Of a DNA stretch of 64,000 bases, positions 61,201 to 64,000 are shown one piece after another. Both the position numbers and the translations under genes were made by a program. The DNA lies in NCBI RefSeq assembly GCF_041956535.1, contig NW_027192202.1, positions 257,723 through 321,722 on the forward strand. The letters are read 5' to 3'. A model generated the notes under the pieces. It was not told where the DNA came from. It was given only the letters and a program-made list of their open reading frames with translations, and made no database searches. Within the stretch, counting starts at the first letter, position 1, and each line of letters opens with the position of its first letter. The stretch is from Calcarisporiella thermophila CBS 279.70. Its lineage: Eukaryota > Fungi > Calcarisporiellomycota.

Positions 61201-63309
61201 AATGAACTCCTCTCCCACCATCGTATATCACCGGAAATCGCCCCCTGGAAGTTAGATCACCCTCAACCGATACGTGCATTTACACGCTCAAACTCGCACT
61301 CTCTGAAGGACACCCCTCCCCTTCATATGCCTCTGCCACTGAGACGCATCCCGGCGTCCATGCATGCTTCGTTGTCGAAACAATGCGAGAATGTCTCTTG
61401 TATAGGTCTGTCTGATTCACTAAGAAGAGAAACGTCTCAAACTTCCAAGGCTGCACCCAGGCTTCGAAAACAAGCATCACTTCCGCTTTCATTGACCAGA
61501 GATCACTCCTACTTGGACAACTATCTCGAGGAAGTAGTCACTCGATTTCTAAGTGAGAAGCAAACTTCAACCTTATACCCCCTTACCCAATCCACTGGCC
61601 AGTTGAAGGACAAGAGACATTCGAACACCGATATTCCTGAGCCTCGTAACTTCCATGAAACGACTTTCACACGCCAAGTTGAAGATATCGTGAATGATGA
61701 GCTTGGAAAAATATTCGGAAAGAAAAGGCTGGAATCGCGTGACGAAAATCAAAGCCCGGGACCCTTTAATCGAGAGGAACGTATATATCCCGACGCCTTG
61801 GTAACCGCGCGTCAGTCACACCCAAGCAATCTTGTCGAAGAAGGAGTTATGCAAGATATTAAAAGAAATCCAAATGCTTGGACCACGGCATCCGCTCCCG
61901 CTGCATTGGCTAAGGTGGATGCTGGCACCTCTATGTCATTCCAACGGCAACCCCAGCAAATACAGAGTTCCAGCGCGTACAACGCACACGTCGAGGAAAC
62001 CCATGGTGTAATGATAAACGAACTTCCTATGCAACACGATGAACTTGCTTCCCCCCCACGGCCTCCACTCAATGCTGCCGCCTCGGATGGGGAAGGCAAC
62101 GCTAGCGGCGGTAGTAAAGGATTAGACGCGCTGTTGATGAGTGCGCGTCCACTCTCGCCGTTTTCGACTGCTTTCTCACGGATGACCTTGGTACCTCCTG
62201 AAGTCCTAAGTGCTGCTCAGACCACAGATCACGACCCTTTCCGGGAGCTGAGTCCATCCGACTCTTCGGCACCCCTTTCTGAGGGACCGGATAACACTGG
62301 AGAATCCGAAGCAGCGCATAGCTCAAGAGAAGGCCGACGGGGAGATCGGACGAAATCCCGACGATCTCACGAAAGCAGGCGAAAGAACCAAAGTCGACGG
62401 AATGGTAAAAAAAGAAGCCATCGCTTACCGAGTAGAGATCGAAGCATAAGCTCGAATCCACAACGCACCTGGAGACGTAGTCGCAGTCGCAGTCGCAGCC
62501 GTGGACGGGGCCGGGATGAGCGACGATCAAAGAGCAAGAAAAGGAAGAAGAGTCGCTCTCATCGCAGTCGCCACTCTTCATCCTCGTCGAAAGAGAGGAG
62601 CGATAATGAGGCATTTCAGTTGAGAAACGAAAGCGAGGAGGATAAAGATTGGAAAGAGGATGAGGATGGAGCTAGCAGTCCACTAAGTTTCTCCTGGACG
62701 TCGGCTAGTTACTCACCGACCATGGGGGGTATGCGTCCTGAAGGAACTCTGGTGGGCATTTCCAACGATTCCATCCTATTTTCTCGCAACGGCGACCCAA
62801 CCTCCTCCCCGATGCCTCACGTGGTGGGTTCGCGTGCACGACAAGCTATAGAATCTTTTTTGAGATACCTGCCATTCAGTTCGATGCAGTTTGGCAGCCA
62901 CAGAGTTGTATTTGAGGACCTCAGCGGGAAGAGCACCGAGGAAAAAGCAATCGACTTTCGTGAGGCATTACACCCTTCTCTCCGGGGAGTTTTCAAGCTG
63001 GACCCTGCCCTACTCATTGAGCTATGCCAAAAGTTGGTGGAAAATCGGGACGTTGACCGAGAAATTTCTTCTGAGGAGTGGTAAGTATATGCCCATTTTC
63101 GAAAGATGCCATGGCATAGAAGCTAATAAGTTTTTTTTGCATCCTCATTCAACAGGAAATCCCGTGTGCTTGAAATCCATCGACTTCTTCTTCCTTCCTC
63201 TCGCGCACTTTTCAAACTAGAGCGCCAACTTGGGGAGCTCTCTCTCGCCCAGGCTATGGTCGTCATTAAAGACCAGGTCGCGCTCGCAAGGATATATGGG
63301 GGCACATAG
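58217..63309 (+). CDS. Large hypothetical protein: helical Leu-rich N-terminal half, long disordered region with RS-rich tract, small C-terminal helical domain (multi-exon)
   Basis: Consecutive long + strand ORFs joined by GT-AG introns; last intron near 63081-63154, stop TAG at 63307-63309. Confidence 0.7.
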
Positions 63310-63409
63310 CTGGAATAGGTTGATTGTTTTGTCCACTTTTATTAATTCTATTCACGTGTATAATAACAAAAGATAATATCGAGCAAGCAATAAATAATAT
63401 GCATTGTTT

Positions 63410-63896
63410 TCAAGACGATGCCTCCTCCTTCTCCTGCAGTTTGCGCGCGTGCTCATTGACCAGCCCTAGAACATCGTCGATTTTCATATTACTCTTGTCA
63501 GGGCTAATTTCTAGCTTTTTACCGTCTCCTAAAAAGAAGAATTCAAGGGGCATGAGTAAGCCAACCCACGGGAAGAATAATCAAGGAGATAGAAAAATAG
63601 GAAATGAATACAGTACGATATGTAACGAGGATCTGCGAAGGTGCCTGCCCAGAGAGCAGTGATGTGGTGAGTTTCAGATTAGGGTTGATTAATCTTGCTT
63701 TCGCGGTCATCACTCTTGAGAGGAATATTCTGTGCAGCAGGCGGGCATGAGCGACATCAGGGTTAGTTAAAACGGCGATCCTTCGAAAGATAGAATATGA
63801 AAACTTTCAATACCTAGAGGATTTGGTTCCAGGACTAGAGTGGAAAGGTGAAAAGGAGATCTTGAGTGTGTCGATGTATTTGATGAAGTTGGACAT
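63410..63896 (-). CDS. MRPL44: Mitochondrial large-subunit ribosomal protein mL53 (yeast Mrpl44); exons 63896-63814, 63729-63617, 63528-63410
   Basis: MSNFIKYIDTLKISFSPF...SR|IFLSRV...SQILVTYR|DGKKLEISP...IDDVLGLVNEHARKLQEKEE matches the mL53 pattern; absent from the ORF track. Confidence 0.88.
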
Positions 63897-64000
63897 GGTG
63901 GATAGGTACGGTGTGCGGAGATCTCATAGCTAATCCCATAAAGAACAAATTTTATTTACGAGAGAGTGCTGCGCCTCAGGGTGGCAAGTTTATTTGGGAG

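Overview
Intron-rich, gene-dense eukaryotic DNA from a fungus, most likely an early-diverging (non-Dikarya, Mucoromycota/Zoopagomycota-like) lineage. That placement is inferred from the short spliceosomal introns plus retention of YbeY, site-2 protease and a Nox. About 30 protein-coding genes can be supported. Recognisable ones are UGP1 (partial), TAF10, eIF2-alpha, mitochondrial intermediate peptidase, a dicarboxylate carrier, a small STF2/TMA10-like gene, Bem46/ABHD13, an Npr/Hal-type kinase, IML2/TTC39, eIF2-beta plus a tandem pseudogene copy, FMT1, a Tgl1-type lipase, NADPH oxidase, an SDR, S2P/MBTPS2, TRM13, YbeY, SNF7, a HAC1/XBP1-like bZIP, stomatin-like protein 2 and mL53. Most notable: (1) the HAC1-like gene carries two Ire1-type CNG|CNGN stem-loops defining an unusual 131-nt unconventional intron that swaps a hydrophobic tail for an acidic activation-like tail; (2) an intact 167-aa gene encoding only the N-terminal linker region of nucleoporin Nic96/Nup93 sits head-to-head with a divergent ESCRT-III Snf7; (3) two abutting perfect palindromes (23-bp and 27-bp arms) with reverse-complementary centres lie at the edge of an AT-rich gene-poor patch; (4) a tandem pair of signal-peptide-less single-pass proteins has EYGN repeats and a shared upstream element. 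All assignments come from reading the sequence by eye; no database searches were run.
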